The notes under the pieces: generated by a model
Databases searched by the model: none
What the model saw: the letters and a program-made list of their open reading frames with translations, nothing else
Told to the model about the DNA's origin: nothing
Shown: in pieces, positions 1 to 10,017 of the stretch
Numbering within the stretch: the first letter of the stretch is position 1
How the letters are laid out: each line of letters begins with the position of its first letter
Program-made: the position numbers and the translations under genes
NCBI GenBank assembly: GCA_965207975.1
Contig: OZ242315.1
Location: 5,975,197-6,039,196 of the forward strand
Source: Candidatus Poribacteria bacterium
Lineage (GTDB): Bacteria; Poribacteria; WGA-4E; PCPOR2b
Direction of reading: 5' to 3'
Length of the DNA: 64,000 nt

Positions 1-309
1 ATGGTTTTCAGCATCCCATGTTTTGTTATTTCGAGTTTGTTCTTAGAGAGGGGTGCGAACTTTCACTTTTCGATTTCCGGTGTGAGCGCGATTTTCTATC
101 AGGGCATCGTCATTGCTGGGTTCTGCTTTGTCTCTTGGACATCAATCCTTGAGAAGTATAGTCCGAGCAGGTTAGTTGTTCTGTTCTTTTTAACGCCGTT
201 GTTCGGGGTGTTTTTAAGCTATCTGCTCTTGGGCGACGAGATTGGTTTCGGGTTGATTGTAGGTGCCTGCTTGGTCGCTTATGGCATTTATCTTGTCAAC
301 AAAAATTGA
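1..309 (+). CDS. C-terminal fragment of a DMT/EamA-family membrane transporter; the 5' end lies outside the window
   Basis: Hydrophobic TM segments and a C-terminal ...LFFLTPLFGVFLSYLLLGDEIGFGLIVGACLVAYGIYLVNKN, typical of an EamA repeat; the ORF runs off the window start. Confidence 0.5.
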   Translation: MVFSIPCFVISSLFLERGANFHFSISGVSAIFYQGIVIAGFCFVSWTSILEKYSPSRLVVLFFLTPLFGVFLSYLLLGDEIGFGLIVGACLVAYGIYLVNKN

Positions 310-356
310 GTATTAAAAAAATAGCTCATGTAAAAAGAAAGCGCAACGCATGAAGA

Positions 357-388
357 GAAACCGAGTTTTGAAGAAAAAACTTGGTTTC
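357..388. terminator. Palindromic hairpin gaaaccgagtttt-gaagaa-aaaacttggtttc (13-bp stem, 1 mismatch/G-U). It belongs to a repeated terminator/REP-like family with further copies at 13067-13098 and 15199-15229
   Basis: Inverted repeat seen directly, immediately 3' of the EamA-like ORF; a near-identical sequence recurs twice elsewhere at gene 3' ends. Confidence 0.5.
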
Positions 389-458
389 TTTGCATCAAAT
401 CTTAACATGAGCGAAAAAATAAGAGCAGGGGTGTGAAATTCCAAATCGGGAGGGGTGT

Positions 459-1664
459 ATGCAAACGGACAAGGTCAGATTGGCGATCATTGGTTGCGGT
501 GGGATGGCGGGAGCGCATCTGAACGCCTACATTGGTCTAAAGAATCGTGGCATTGATATCTTTGATTTTGTGGCGATGTGTGATATAGATATAGATCGAG
601 CGAAGGGTTTTGCTGCGAGAGCTGCCGAAGTGCAAGAAGGTGCAGCACCCAAGGTCTACGACGACATTGATAAGATGCTAGCACAGGAGACGTTGACCGC
701 TGCTGACATCTGTGGACCTCATTTCCTACATCACACGCTTGCGATTGCTTGCTTTGAGGCGGGGGTTGATGTCATCGTTGAGAAACCGCTTGGGGTGACA
801 GTCCGTGCGGGCTGGAAGATGATAAAGAGCGCGGAAGCCAACAATCGCATTCTTGCCACCGCAGAGCAGGTGCGGCGATGGGTGAGTTCACGCACGGTTG
901 AGTGGCTGATTAACAGAGAGAAGCGGATTGGCGAGTCTCGGATGTTTTTCCGACAGGGTGTTAGCGGGGCTAACACAGATCCCGAAAATCTCTTGCGCGA
1001 TGAGATGACGACATGGCGGCGGGACAAACTCACGAGTGGTGGCAACGGGATTATTGATGGTGGAGTGCACTACATAGATCTCCTCATCTATTTCTACGGT
1101 GAACCCGATGAAATCTACGCCAGATCGGAGAATTTGAGTCAATACCAATTCAAGAATTCCGAGGGCAACCATGTGCCGCAAACCGTTGAGGACACGGCAC
1201 TTGCAACGATAACATTTAAGAACGGTGTGATCGGTCAGTGGGTCAACACCGGTGCCGCTCCGGGACGCGGTATCGGCTATAACAGCTACCACGGAAGCAT
1301 CGGTTCCATCTACAGTACTGGTGGATACCCACAATCGCCTGAGTTGCAGCTATGGGATGGAAGCACTCAAGATCCAGACACCTTGCAAAGTACTTACATG
1401 GCGAATCTCAGCCCAGAGGAGAAGGAATGGTTGTTCCCGCACGGCATCACGGAGGGGGTAATGCTTGAGGTCTACGATTTTCTAGACGCAGTTCGCACGC
1501 GGCGGAGTCCAGAGCTCGATGGGGTTGATGGCTTGAAGGCGCAGGCGGTTTGCAACGCGATTTATGAATCGGGATGGATCGGTCAGGCGGTGAAATTCGA
1601 TGATGTTTATAATGACAGGGTGACAGGCTATCAGGATGAGATCAATGACCGATGGGGGATCTGA
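459..1664 (+). CDS. Gfo/Idh/MocA-family NAD(P)-dependent oxidoreductase
   Basis: N-terminal Rossmann motif VRLAIIGCGGMAGAHL and the overall 401-aa Gfo/Idh/MocA architecture; RBS-like GGGAGGGG upstream of the ATG. Confidence 0.85.
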   Translation: MQTDKVRLAIIGCGGMAGAHLNAYIGLKNRGIDIFDFVAMCDIDIDRAKGFAARAAEVQEGAAPKVYDDIDKMLAQETLTAADICGPHFLHHTLAIACFEAGVDVIVEKPLGVTVRAGWKMIKSAEANNRILATAEQVRRWVSSRTVEWLINREKRIGESRMFFRQGVSGANTDPENLLRDEMTTWRRDKLTSGGNGIIDGGVHYIDLLIYFYGEPDEIYARSENLSQYQFKNSEGNHVPQTVEDTALATITFKNGVIGQWVNTGAAPGRGIGYNSYHGSIGSIYSTGGYPQSPELQLWDGSTQDPDTLQSTYMANLSPEEKEWLFPHGITEGVMLEVYDFLDAVRTRRSPELDGVDGLKAQAVCNAIYESGWIGQAVKFDDVYNDRVTGYQDEINDRWGI

Positions 1665-1696
1665 GCATCTATTTGAAAGCCTGAGCTCAGCCTGAA

Positions 1697-2191
1697 ATGA
1701 CGAGAAAAGAGCAGTATATGGAGTGGAAGTTTACGCTCGGTGTTGGTGGGGCGGTTGTGCGTGATGGGCAGCTTCTCTTGGTTCATCATGCCTACGGTGC
1801 CAAGATGTGGCAGATTCCGGGGGGATATGTCAAACCGGAGGAATGCGCCCATGATGGGGTGGTGCGGGAGATCTACGAAGAGACCGGCATCCGTGCAGCG
1901 GTTGAGGGTTTGCTTGGGGTACGCCACCGTGTGAAGGAAGGCGATAATTCGACCTATCTTATTTTTAGACTGACCCCGGTTGAATCGCACGATCCCATTC
2001 CCGATGGGCGTGAGGTTGATGCCGCTGGATACTTTAGCCTTGCCGAGATCGAAGCGTTTTCATCAGACGAAATTCCTGCGCTCAATAAGTGGGTGGCTCG
2101 GTGTGTTTTGGGCAAAACGCCAAATATGCTGTTGGATCAGGGCGACCCCGATGGGCTCAATCGACCGTATAACCTTTACATTTGCTCTTGA
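1697..2191 (+). CDS. NUDIX hydrolase
   Basis: Nudix box GGYVKPEECAHDGVVREIYEETGI (GX5EX7REUXEEXGU pattern). Confidence 0.8.
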   Translation: MTRKEQYMEWKFTLGVGGAVVRDGQLLLVHHAYGAKMWQIPGGYVKPEECAHDGVVREIYEETGIRAAVEGLLGVRHRVKEGDNSTYLIFRLTPVESHDPIPDGREVDAAGYFSLAEIEAFSSDEIPALNKWVARCVLGKTPNMLLDQGDPDGLNRPYNLYICS

Positions 2192-2250
2192 ACGTTTTAC
2201 GTTTCACGCATGTTGCTTTGAATCCCGATCTTATCGGGGAGGAGACTGAC

Positions 2251-3318
2251 ATGAATCAACGCGAACAGGAAACAATTGTCAATGCAGACCAGCTCCAACA
2301 GGTCTGTAGTCAACTGTACCAGAAGGCGGGTGTCGCACCGGAATACGCCGATACCATCGCCCAGATGCAGGTTTTAATGGACTTGCGAGGCGTTCCTTCA
2401 CACGCAACACGCGGCGTGCCGGGCTATGTACGTGGCATGATAAGCGGTGGCACCAACCCGAATCCTGACATTAAAACGCTTGAAGATAATCCTGCGTCTG
2501 CCCTACTCGATGGGGATCGAGGTTTCGGGCACCTTGTCGCGATCCACGGAATGAATCTTGCTATTGAAAAAGCGAAGGCAACTTCGATCGGGGTTGTGGT
2601 TGTTCGGAACAGCAATCACTTCGGTGCTGCTTCTAGTCATGCGATACGCGCCCTTGAACACGACATGATTGGTTTTGCGACCACCAATGGTGGCGGCGTG
2701 AATGTGGCGGTCTTTGGCGCGAGGACGAACTCAATTGGCAACAACGCGCTCGCTTTTGCCATTCCCGCCAGCGAAGAACCACCGATTGTGTTGGATATGG
2801 CGTGTGGTGCTGCAGCTGCTGGCAGAATTGGGACCGCCCGGATGTATAATCAGAAGATTCCCTTGGGCTGGGGACTGGACGAGAATGGGGAGGAGACTGA
2901 TGATCCGTCAAAGGTGGCAGCGATCCTGCCCGCTGCGGGTCCGAAAGGCTCTGCGCTCGCCATGATTATGGATGTGTTGTGTGGGCCGTTGGGTGGCGGA
3001 CTGATGGGAATCAATAAGGCGTACAATCCACGGAACGCGCCGCCGGAGAAAATGGGGACGGCTCACTTTTTCTTTGCTATTAATATTGGAAGTTTGACCT
3101 CAATAGATCAATTTAAGGAGGAGATGGATGAACAGATTCGCACGACTCGCAAGGCGAAACCGCGGGCGGGATTTGATCGGGTTACGCTGCCCGGTGAAAT
3201 TGAATGGGAACTCACCCAAGAACGCCGCGCAAACGGCATTCCGCTCCACAAGTCTCAAGTAGTAACCCTTGAAGAGTTGGCGGATGAGCTTGGGGTGCCT
3301 GTGCCGTGGAGAATGTGA
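2251..3318 (+). CDS. Ldh_2-family oxidoreductase (malate/L-lactate/L-sulfolactate dehydrogenase family 2)
   Basis: The ...VVVVRNSNHFGAASSHA... block and overall similarity to the Ldh_2/AllD/ComC family. Start placed at ATG 2251 (MNQREQ), preceded by GGGGAGGAG; the ORF-track start at 2182 is an upstream extension. Confidence 0.7.
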   Translation: MNQREQETIVNADQLQQVCSQLYQKAGVAPEYADTIAQMQVLMDLRGVPSHATRGVPGYVRGMISGGTNPNPDIKTLEDNPASALLDGDRGFGHLVAIHGMNLAIEKAKATSIGVVVVRNSNHFGAASSHAIRALEHDMIGFATTNGGGVNVAVFGARTNSIGNNALAFAIPASEEPPIVLDMACGAAAAGRIGTARMYNQKIPLGWGLDENGEETDDPSKVAAILPAAGPKGSALAMIMDVLCGPLGGGLMGINKAYNPRNAPPEKMGTAHFFFAINIGSLTSIDQFKEEMDEQIRTTRKAKPRAGFDRVTLPGEIEWELTQERRANGIPLHKSQVVTLEELADELGVPVPWRM

Positions 3319-3321
3319 AAC

Positions 3322-3339
3322 GTGATGCCCCGATAAATC
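3322..3339. repeat. 18-mer tgccccgataaatcggga (palindromic core cccgat-aa-atcggg), identical copy at 42996-43013
   Basis: Exact repeat seen at two gene 3' ends, after the Ldh_2 stop and after the TonB-dependent receptor stop on the opposite strand; here it is flanked by gtgaaacgtga motifs. Confidence 0.45.
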
Positions 3340-3460
3340 GGGACAGGCTGTGAAACGTGAAGACGGTTTGTTCATGGGTTCATTGGTGTGGTTGAGCTAG
3401 GGAGAGCCGTCTAGATGGGTCAAAAAAGACAGTGCAAAACGCAAAGAGAAACCGACATCA

Positions 3461-5116
3461 CTAATTTTCCTCGGTGACGATGAGCAGCTGATTCGCTTCA
3501 ACATTTGTGAGTGTTTGTTCTCCGCCGCGGGACCAGATAATTTTCACTGTTTCTGCTTTCGTTTCTGTCCCTAGCCCAAAGAGGAGTCGCAGGTCGTGTC
3601 CTGAAAGATAGCTTGATCCGGCTTGGACCTCTTTGATCTGGGAATGGGAGCGGGTCACAACTTCGACACGCGCCCCTATGCCATCACGGTTACTTTTGGT
3701 CCCAACGGTTTTTATCATCAGCCAGTTGTGTTTGTTTCCGCTTTCGTTGCGAAGCAGCACCCCTTCCTGATTCAGGTTCACGACAAAAATGTCGGTGTCG
3801 CCGTCATTATCGTAATCGCCAAAGGCGGCACCGCGTCCCACCCTTTTGGTCGAGAAATACTCGCTGGACTGCTCGGAGACATCCCCAAAAGTTTCCTCCC
3901 CTGTGTTGATGAACAGCTGGTCGGTTTGTGCGTATTCGAGCGCGTCGGATTCTGTTGGATAGAGGTGGCCGTTGGCGACAAAGAGATCTAATGCGCCGTC
4001 GTTGTTTGCATCGAAAAACTTTGTTCCGAAAGCTAATTTCAGGAAACTGACCTCTCCCAAACCTGCAATGTTTGTGAAGTCGATTAGAGCACCGTCTGCG
4101 GTGTTATGATACAGTGTATTTGTTTCGTTAGAGAAATTAGTGACAAAAATGTCCAAAGTACCATCGTTATTGTAGTCCCCGAAATCGACTCCCATCCCGC
4201 CTTCCGCAACGCCGTGCTCGTTATACGCTGCGCCTGCAAAGGGACCGATGTCCACAAAACGACCATCGCCAACATTGCGGTAGAGAAAATTGGAGGTTGT
4301 GTCGTTGGCGACATAGATATCGATACGTCCATCGTTGTCGTAATCCCCACAGGTGACACCGAGGCCTTTGCCGTCGTTGTTATAAACGCCTGCCTGTCTC
4401 GTTACATCGGTAAATGTCCCGTCGCCATTGTTTCTGTAAAGGGTATCTGATACACCTTCGTAGACCTGTGGATTGGAATAGATCCGCCGCCCACGGGGAT
4501 CATACCAATCCTGATCTTTCGTTATGTCATAATCGAGGTAGTTGACGACGTAGAGGTCTAGGTTGCCATCATGATCGTAGTCCACGAAGGCGCAGCTGGA
4601 ACTCCATTTTTCTCCATTTCCCACACCCGCATGAGCGGTCGCATCGGTGAATGTGCCATCCCCGTTGTTCCGATACAGAAGATTTTCGCCGAAATTGGTC
4701 ACGTACAGGTCTGCGTCGCCGTCGTTGTCGTAATCTGCGGCAACGCAGCCCATACCGTAGCCGGTGTCTCCCACGCCTGCTGTGGCAGTGACATCGGTGA
4801 ACGTGCCATCTCCTGTATTTTGATAGAGGTGGTTCGTGGGTGGCGCAGCTGTTTCAAAGCCGGGCAGCGGTGCACCGTTGACGATGTAAAGGTCTAAATC
4901 CCCGTCGTTGTTATAGTCCAAGAAAGCTGCACCGGACCCCATAGTTTCCAGATAGAACTTGCGATCGCTAGCACCATTGATATGCTTGAAGGTGATTCCT
5001 GCCTGTTTGGTGGCATCAACGAATTGGACCGCCATTTGTGCGTGACAAGGGACAATCAGAAGGTGAAGTATCAGGAAAAACCAGTTTCTTAGCTTTCGTT
5101 CCATTCGTCTATCCAT
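3461..5116 (-). CDS. Secreted FG-GAP (VCBS) repeat protein with a C-terminal ASPIC/UnbV domain
   Basis: Signal peptide; at least 7 repeats of YRNNGDGTFTDVT / DYDNDGDLDLYV (FG-GAP calcium-binding motifs); C-terminal ...NRDGIGARVEVV...GSSYLSGHDLRLLFGLG (UnbV_ASPIC). Confidence 0.8.
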   Translation of the reverse strand: MDRRMERKLRNWFFLILHLLIVPCHAQMAVQFVDATKQAGITFKHINGASDRKFYLETMGSGAAFLDYNNDGDLDLYIVNGAPLPGFETAAPPTNHLYQNTGDGTFTDVTATAGVGDTGYGMGCVAADYDNDGDADLYVTNFGENLLYRNNGDGTFTDATAHAGVGNGEKWSSSCAFVDYDHDGNLDLYVVNYLDYDITKDQDWYDPRGRRIYSNPQVYEGVSDTLYRNNGDGTFTDVTRQAGVYNNDGKGLGVTCGDYDNDGRIDIYVANDTTSNFLYRNVGDGRFVDIGPFAGAAYNEHGVAEGGMGVDFGDYNNDGTLDIFVTNFSNETNTLYHNTADGALIDFTNIAGLGEVSFLKLAFGTKFFDANNDGALDLFVANGHLYPTESDALEYAQTDQLFINTGEETFGDVSEQSSEYFSTKRVGRGAAFGDYDNDGDTDIFVVNLNQEGVLLRNESGNKHNWLMIKTVGTKSNRDGIGARVEVVTRSHSQIKEVQAGSSYLSGHDLRLLFGLGTETKAETVKIIWSRGGEQTLTNVEANQLLIVTEEN

Positions 5117-5120
5117 TATT

Positions 5121-8100
5121 TTATTTCGCTCGAAGTTGCCGGGCGATTCTGAATTCTTGGGCGGCTTTTTTGGGTTCGCCTAGCCGTTTATACGTTTCGC
5201 CAAGATTTTCGTGGAACTCTGGGTTGCGTGGATCGAGCCGAATAGCAGTGGTAAATGACTCTGTCGCGTCGGAATACCTTCTCTGTAGAAAGTAGCTCAT
5301 CCCAAGACTATTATGTACCTGTGGTTCATCGGGGGCGAGGCGGACGGCGGTTTCGCAAACACGCTGCATTTTATCTAGCTGGTTGAGTCTCATATAGCAA
5401 ACCGCGAGTATATTGTAGGCTTCCCAGTTGCTGGGACTAAGTTTGATGGATTGCTCTAAGGGTGTAATGGCTTTCTCAAATCTACCGTATTGTGCATGAA
5501 GGTGTCCAAGCTGATACCACCGTTCGGGGTTGTCTGGATTCTGTTGAAGGGCAATTTCAAGTTGTGAAACAAGATTCATATAAGGCTTGAGACTTTGGTA
5601 CTTTCTAATCAGTTCGGCACCTTTCTGGACGTTCCCTTGTCGGATATATGTGTTCCCTAGACTGTAGTACGCTCGAATCTGATCTGGATCCAGTTCGATT
5701 GCTCGTTCAAAACAGCTAATCGCATAATCAAAATTGCCCTGTTTCAGATAGACCATGCCGAGGTCATAGTAGGGGTGGTAGGGATAATCTGGGGCGACTT
5801 TAGGATTCAGTTCGATAGCTTGGCGCAAGGCTTGAATCGCCTCTGGATACCGGTTTCGTCTGAAGTAAGCGACACCAAGCATCTGGTATGCGGTGGGATT
5901 GGCGGGGGCTAACTTGATTGTGGTTTGAAGAGATTCGATTGCCTCTGCAGTTTTGGCGAGATAAAACAGGTAGATGCGTCCGAGAAGACGGTGCGCTTGC
6001 TCGCGGTTGGGGTCGATTTGAATGGCTTTTTTGAGCGATTCCACAGCGATTAGATAATTCTCATTTTTACTTAGATCTAACCCACGATTGTAATGTTCCA
6101 CAAAGGCAGAGGGCTCGCTGTCTTCCGAAGTACGCTGCACTGTTTGGGTCGAATGCACCTCGTGATGCGTCTGAGACACTTCAGATCCCTTGTCCTTTAT
6201 CTGAGTATCTGACCCCAATTTCAGTTTTTCGAGTTCGATGGTTGTGTATTGTGTTTCACCTTCGGTGATCTGAATGAAGTGATCGAGGGGCACGTCATGG
6301 AACTTTTGTGTGAGTCCGGTGGTGTGCCAGAAAATCTCAAGCGTCTTGACTTTTTCCGCCTGACCTAAGCCGATTGTTTGTCGGAGGGGGTTGGCACCGA
6401 AGCTGCCCCCACTGTTGACATACTTATAAATCGAACGTCGCTCCCCGTTTTCGAGGATCTCGGCGTGGATGCGGGCCCCGATTGCCGACCGGTTGGAATC
6501 CACACCGACAAGTTTGATCGTGAGAAAATGGTTTCCAAAGCCGGGGTTTTCATATAGGACGTTGTTGGACCCATCGCCCGGAAAGGCACCGCCCATCTGC
6601 TCGAAAATATCCTGATCTCCATCGTTGTCGAGGTCCCCGAAGACGACGGCGTGTCCTTTCTGCAGATGCCCAAATCCTCCAGCGTAGGTTATGTCCACGA
6701 AATCTATGCCCCGTCGATTGCGATACATGACGCTCGGCATTAGGTTTTTATAGTCCGGGTATCCGGTGCCGAGATAAAAATCGAGGTAACCATCATTGTC
6801 GAGGTCGCCGAAGTTTGAACCCATGGGCGCGTTGGGTCGTACTAGATTGTGTTGGGGTGCGACTTGGTTGAAGCCACCCTGCCCATCCCCGCGATACAGA
6901 TGTGGTAATCCGCCCTCATTGAGATCGGGACGGTTATGATATGTTGTCCTTGATTCTGCCCCTGCTGCAGAAGGTGGGGCACCTATGGAGATGCCGAGGG
7001 CGTTTGCTGCGAGGTGTGAGATGCCAGCGGAATAGGCGGACACATACAGGTCCAATGCCCCATCGTTGTTGAAGTCCCAGAACCAAGCGGGAAAGCTGCG
7101 TATCGGCAGATCAATATTGAGTTGTTTTGCCACATCGGTGAAAGTGCCGTCCCCGTTATTGCGAAAGAGGCGGTTGACACCTTTGAAATTGGACACATAT
7201 AGGTCGAGGAACCGATCCCCATTGTAATCGCCCCAGACCACTGACTTGGTAAAACCGTGGTTTTGCACACCGGCTTCCGCAGCTACATCGGAGAAGGTGC
7301 CATCCCCGTTGTTGCGGAATAGCTGACAAGGAGCGTTGAACGTTTCGGTAGACTCGTTTCCGATGTATAGATCGAGATCGCCGTCGTTATCGTAGTCGCC
7401 CCAAGATGCTGTTTGAGTGGGATAGTGCACCTCACCTAAGCCGGCATCGAAGGTTACATCTGTGAAGGTGCCATCGCCGTTATTACGCAACAGGGAGTTT
7501 GGATGTTGCCCCGCTGCTTCCAACCAGGCACCTCGCAATACAAGGATATCAACATCATCATCGTTGTCGTAGTCCGCTTGGAGCAGGTTCAATCCGCCGT
7601 ACAAACCTAGGAGCCCTGCCTGTTCAGTTCGCTCTGAAAGGGTGCCATCCCGGTTGTTCTGGAAAAGGTGGATTTGTCCGGCGGGATCCCACGTCGAAAC
7701 GACGAGATCTAGGTAGTTATCGTTGTCGAAGTCATCCATGATTGCGCCACCGGATAGATCAAATGTATCAAGCCCCAGATGTGGTGCAATGTTAGTGAAA
7801 CGCGGCATTTCTTCTGTGGATTGGAATGCCTCTGGGGGCAGGAGGTATCGCTTGGGAACCTGTTCTGGATAGCCGCCGATCGTCATGTAAGCGATGTTGA
7901 GTAGCCATCTCGCCTCCAGATGGAGCGGCAATTCAACCGTTGTGTTTCGCAGCACTTCTGTGAGGTAGGTTATTGCCTGTAGTGAACCCTCTTGTTGGGT
8001 GTGAATCCCGCCCTCTCGTAACGGCAGAATGCAGCTGTCAGGGTTGCTCACAATTCCGATTTCGCTGGGGCAGCAATTCTGTGTTTCACCCTTTCGCATA

Positions 8101-8600
8101 TATGCGACACCGAGGCGAAAGAGGGTTTGATTTGCCATCAACGGGGAGAGTTGTCCCCTTAATTGGGGCAGCAGTTTTCCTGCTTGTGTGAGCTGATCGA
8201 TTGCCGCCTCTTCATTGCCGAGCCGAAGTTCTGCTTCACCGAGTTCTGTATGGAGATGCCATCGGTTAAGGTTTGAAGCCTCGACGGGTAAGTTGGCGAG
8301 ATGTCTACGCAGCTGGCGTGCTAGTCTCTCGCCTAGGTAATTGTTTGTTTCGGCGGTTTGATCAGCGATACCCTTGAGAAGGGTGAGCATCTTTTGATGG
8401 CTTGCGGTCGGCGTATCGGTATCGGAGGAAACATTCCCTGTTATGACGATGGTTGTGCCTACAACGATCAAACCAAGCACAACGCAGTGGAAACGCCTGA
8501 AATACCTTTTGATTAATGATTGCTGCACACCCTGATCTTTCAAATCGAAGTCCGCAAGATGGTGTGTTGGGTTGTTAAAATTTCGCTTGATAATTGGCAT
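5121..8600 (-). CDS. Large membrane-anchored TPR / FG-GAP / ASPIC-UnbV / TPR fusion protein (1159 aa)
   Basis: N-terminal TM helix, then TPR-like repeats, a central FG-GAP block (RNNGDGTFTDV, DYDNDGDLDLY), a UnbV_ASPIC segment (NRSAIGARIHAEI...SGGSFGANPLRQTIGLG), then about 9 C-terminal TPR units (AYYSLGNTYIRQGN...). It lies 4 bp from the preceding ASPIC gene, so an operon is likely. Confidence 0.8.
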   Translation of the reverse strand: MPIIKRNFNNPTHHLADFDLKDQGVQQSLIKRYFRRFHCVVLGLIVVGTTIVITGNVSSDTDTPTASHQKMLTLLKGIADQTAETNNYLGERLARQLRRHLANLPVEASNLNRWHLHTELGEAELRLGNEEAAIDQLTQAGKLLPQLRGQLSPLMANQTLFRLGVAYMRKGETQNCCPSEIGIVSNPDSCILPLREGGIHTQQEGSLQAITYLTEVLRNTTVELPLHLEARWLLNIAYMTIGGYPEQVPKRYLLPPEAFQSTEEMPRFTNIAPHLGLDTFDLSGGAIMDDFDNDNYLDLVVSTWDPAGQIHLFQNNRDGTLSERTEQAGLLGLYGGLNLLQADYDNDDDVDILVLRGAWLEAAGQHPNSLLRNNGDGTFTDVTFDAGLGEVHYPTQTASWGDYDNDGDLDLYIGNESTETFNAPCQLFRNNGDGTFSDVAAEAGVQNHGFTKSVVWGDYNGDRFLDLYVSNFKGVNRLFRNNGDGTFTDVAKQLNIDLPIRSFPAWFWDFNNDGALDLYVSAYSAGISHLAANALGISIGAPPSAAGAESRTTYHNRPDLNEGGLPHLYRGDGQGGFNQVAPQHNLVRPNAPMGSNFGDLDNDGYLDFYLGTGYPDYKNLMPSVMYRNRRGIDFVDITYAGGFGHLQKGHAVVFGDLDNDGDQDIFEQMGGAFPGDGSNNVLYENPGFGNHFLTIKLVGVDSNRSAIGARIHAEILENGERRSIYKYVNSGGSFGANPLRQTIGLGQAEKVKTLEIFWHTTGLTQKFHDVPLDHFIQITEGETQYTTIELEKLKLGSDTQIKDKGSEVSQTHHEVHSTQTVQRTSEDSEPSAFVEHYNRGLDLSKNENYLIAVESLKKAIQIDPNREQAHRLLGRIYLFYLAKTAEAIESLQTTIKLAPANPTAYQMLGVAYFRRNRYPEAIQALRQAIELNPKVAPDYPYHPYYDLGMVYLKQGNFDYAISCFERAIELDPDQIRAYYSLGNTYIRQGNVQKGAELIRKYQSLKPYMNLVSQLEIALQQNPDNPERWYQLGHLHAQYGRFEKAITPLEQSIKLSPSNWEAYNILAVCYMRLNQLDKMQRVCETAVRLAPDEPQVHNSLGMSYFLQRRYSDATESFTTAIRLDPRNPEFHENLGETYKRLGEPKKAAQEFRIARQLRAK

Positions 8601-8677
8601 TGGTGGTGCTACCCTAAAAGCGTGGTGAATTGCAACTCTCGGTCTACAATTGAGGTCAGTTTACAAAGGAGTTAATT

Positions 8678-9430
8678 TTGGGAGACATTAAAACGTCCAA
8701 ACATTCGGATGAGGATTGTGATCTGGAGACGCTTGTAGATCAGTTGGATCCCAACGGCGTTCCCCAAATTCGCTGGGTCTATCGGGCTGCTCGACATATC
8801 AACAGGGGTGGTCAGAGGCTCGGTATCTTCTCCGGGTCTTTCAACCCGCTCACCGTTGCTCACATCAAGATGATTGAAGCAGCACAGAAAAAATACGATC
8901 TGGATGAGATTCTGCTAATTTTGGCAAGGGCGAATGTTGATAAGGGTGTGTTCGGCCTCTCTCTTGCCGATCGTTTGTTGATGCTGAAAGAATACGCTGC
9001 GAACCGTGAGGATTTCTCTGTTGCCGCTTGCAGCCACGGCAAATTCATTGAGAAGATTGAAGCGTTAAAATCTGCGTATCCCCCCGGCTCACACTTTTCA
9101 TTCATTGTTGGCTATGATACGTTCATTCGCTTGTTCGACCCGAAATATTATACCGATTTATACAGCGCATTGGAAGCCCTTTTCGATCAATGTCGCTTCA
9201 TCGTTGCAAACCGCCAAGACTATGATGCGGATGCAGTGAGGCAGGTGATGGAATCGCCGGACTATCGTCGTTATTCAGGCGGGATAGATCTGATCGAGTT
9301 GCCAGATTTTTATGCGGAGATTTCTTCGACGGATATCCGAGCGCAGATTCAGGCGGGAAAATCGGTCGATCACCTTGTCCCCCGTGAAATACAGGGATTC
9401 CTCAAAGCGGTGCAGGCTTATCAGGTTTGA
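8678..9430 (+). CDS. nadD: Nicotinate-nucleotide adenylyltransferase-like nucleotidyltransferase (NadD family) with a roughly 45-aa N-terminal extension; TTG start
   Basis: (H/T)xGH-type motif FSGSFNPLTVAHIKM and NadD-like C-terminus ISSTDIRAQIQAGKSVDHLVPREIQGFL. The TTG start is preceded by AAGGAG with a 6-nt spacer. Confidence 0.6.
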   Translation: MGDIKTSKHSDEDCDLETLVDQLDPNGVPQIRWVYRAARHINRGGQRLGIFSGSFNPLTVAHIKMIEAAQKKYDLDEILLILARANVDKGVFGLSLADRLLMLKEYAANREDFSVAACSHGKFIEKIEALKSAYPPGSHFSFIVGYDTFIRLFDPKYYTDLYSALEALFDQCRFIVANRQDYDADAVRQVMESPDYRRYSGGIDLIELPDFYAEISSTDIRAQIQAGKSVDHLVPREIQGFLKAVQAYQV

Positions 9431-10017
9431 ATGCTGATCGGGACGGGGGTTGTCCACTCGTAATGAATGACGACTCGGTTGGTCCTTGGACACATGTAAA
9501 CCTGTTGATCTAGATGGGCACAGCGTTGACATGTGCGGGACCGACCCGCTAGCGGGTTTGGTGAAAAAAACTCGCATTTCGTGGCAATCTGTCGCATCTG
9601 CTTCTGATTTGCCGGTGTCAGGTAGAACACCTCAGCTGACTCTCCTACGAGGTTTATGACGCGATCTGTCCGTCCTTCTCCCTGCCATATCTCGTTAATC
9701 AGTTCTTCCAAAATAGCGCGATAGGTCTGTTCTTCACTTGGCTCTGGTGAATGGAGGGTGATGTCGGTTGCTAGGCTATATTGCATCAGGTATTTTAATC
9801 GGCTTTCCTCCTTACGATATTCTGCTCTCATTTCAGTCATAAAGTTTTTACGAAATTCTTCCCAACCAATTTCTCTGGATCCCCACTGTGCAAACAACTT
9901 CTTTGAGGGTGCCAATTCTGTGATATTCTGCATGGCGGGAATTTTTTCGTAACAGATTGCGTATTTTTTAACCGTTTTGGTGGCTGCGGCATTTTCAACT
10001 GAGTTCAGATATAGCAT
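9421..10017 (-). CDS. Hypothetical protein, possibly DUF488-like, with a Cys-rich C-terminus
   Basis: The segment LAPSKKLFAQWGSREIGWEEFRKNFMTEMRAEY resembles the DUF488 conserved core; C-terminal CQRC...C cluster. The family call is weak. Confidence 0.3.
   Translation of the reverse strand: MLYLNSVENAAATKTVKKYAICYEKIPAMQNITELAPSKKLFAQWGSREIGWEEFRKNFMTEMRAEYRKEESRLKYLMQYSLATDITLHSPEPSEEQTYRAILEELINEIWQGEGRTDRVINLVGESAEVFYLTPANQKQMRQIATKCEFFSPNPLAGRSRTCQRCAHLDQQVYMCPRTNRVVIHYEWTTPVPISIQT

Noticed and set aside
8672-9105. Minus-strand ORFs (8672-8863, 8860-9105) overlapping the NadD-like gene
   Set aside because: They lie antisense to an ORF with clear nucleotidyltransferase motifs and have no independent support.
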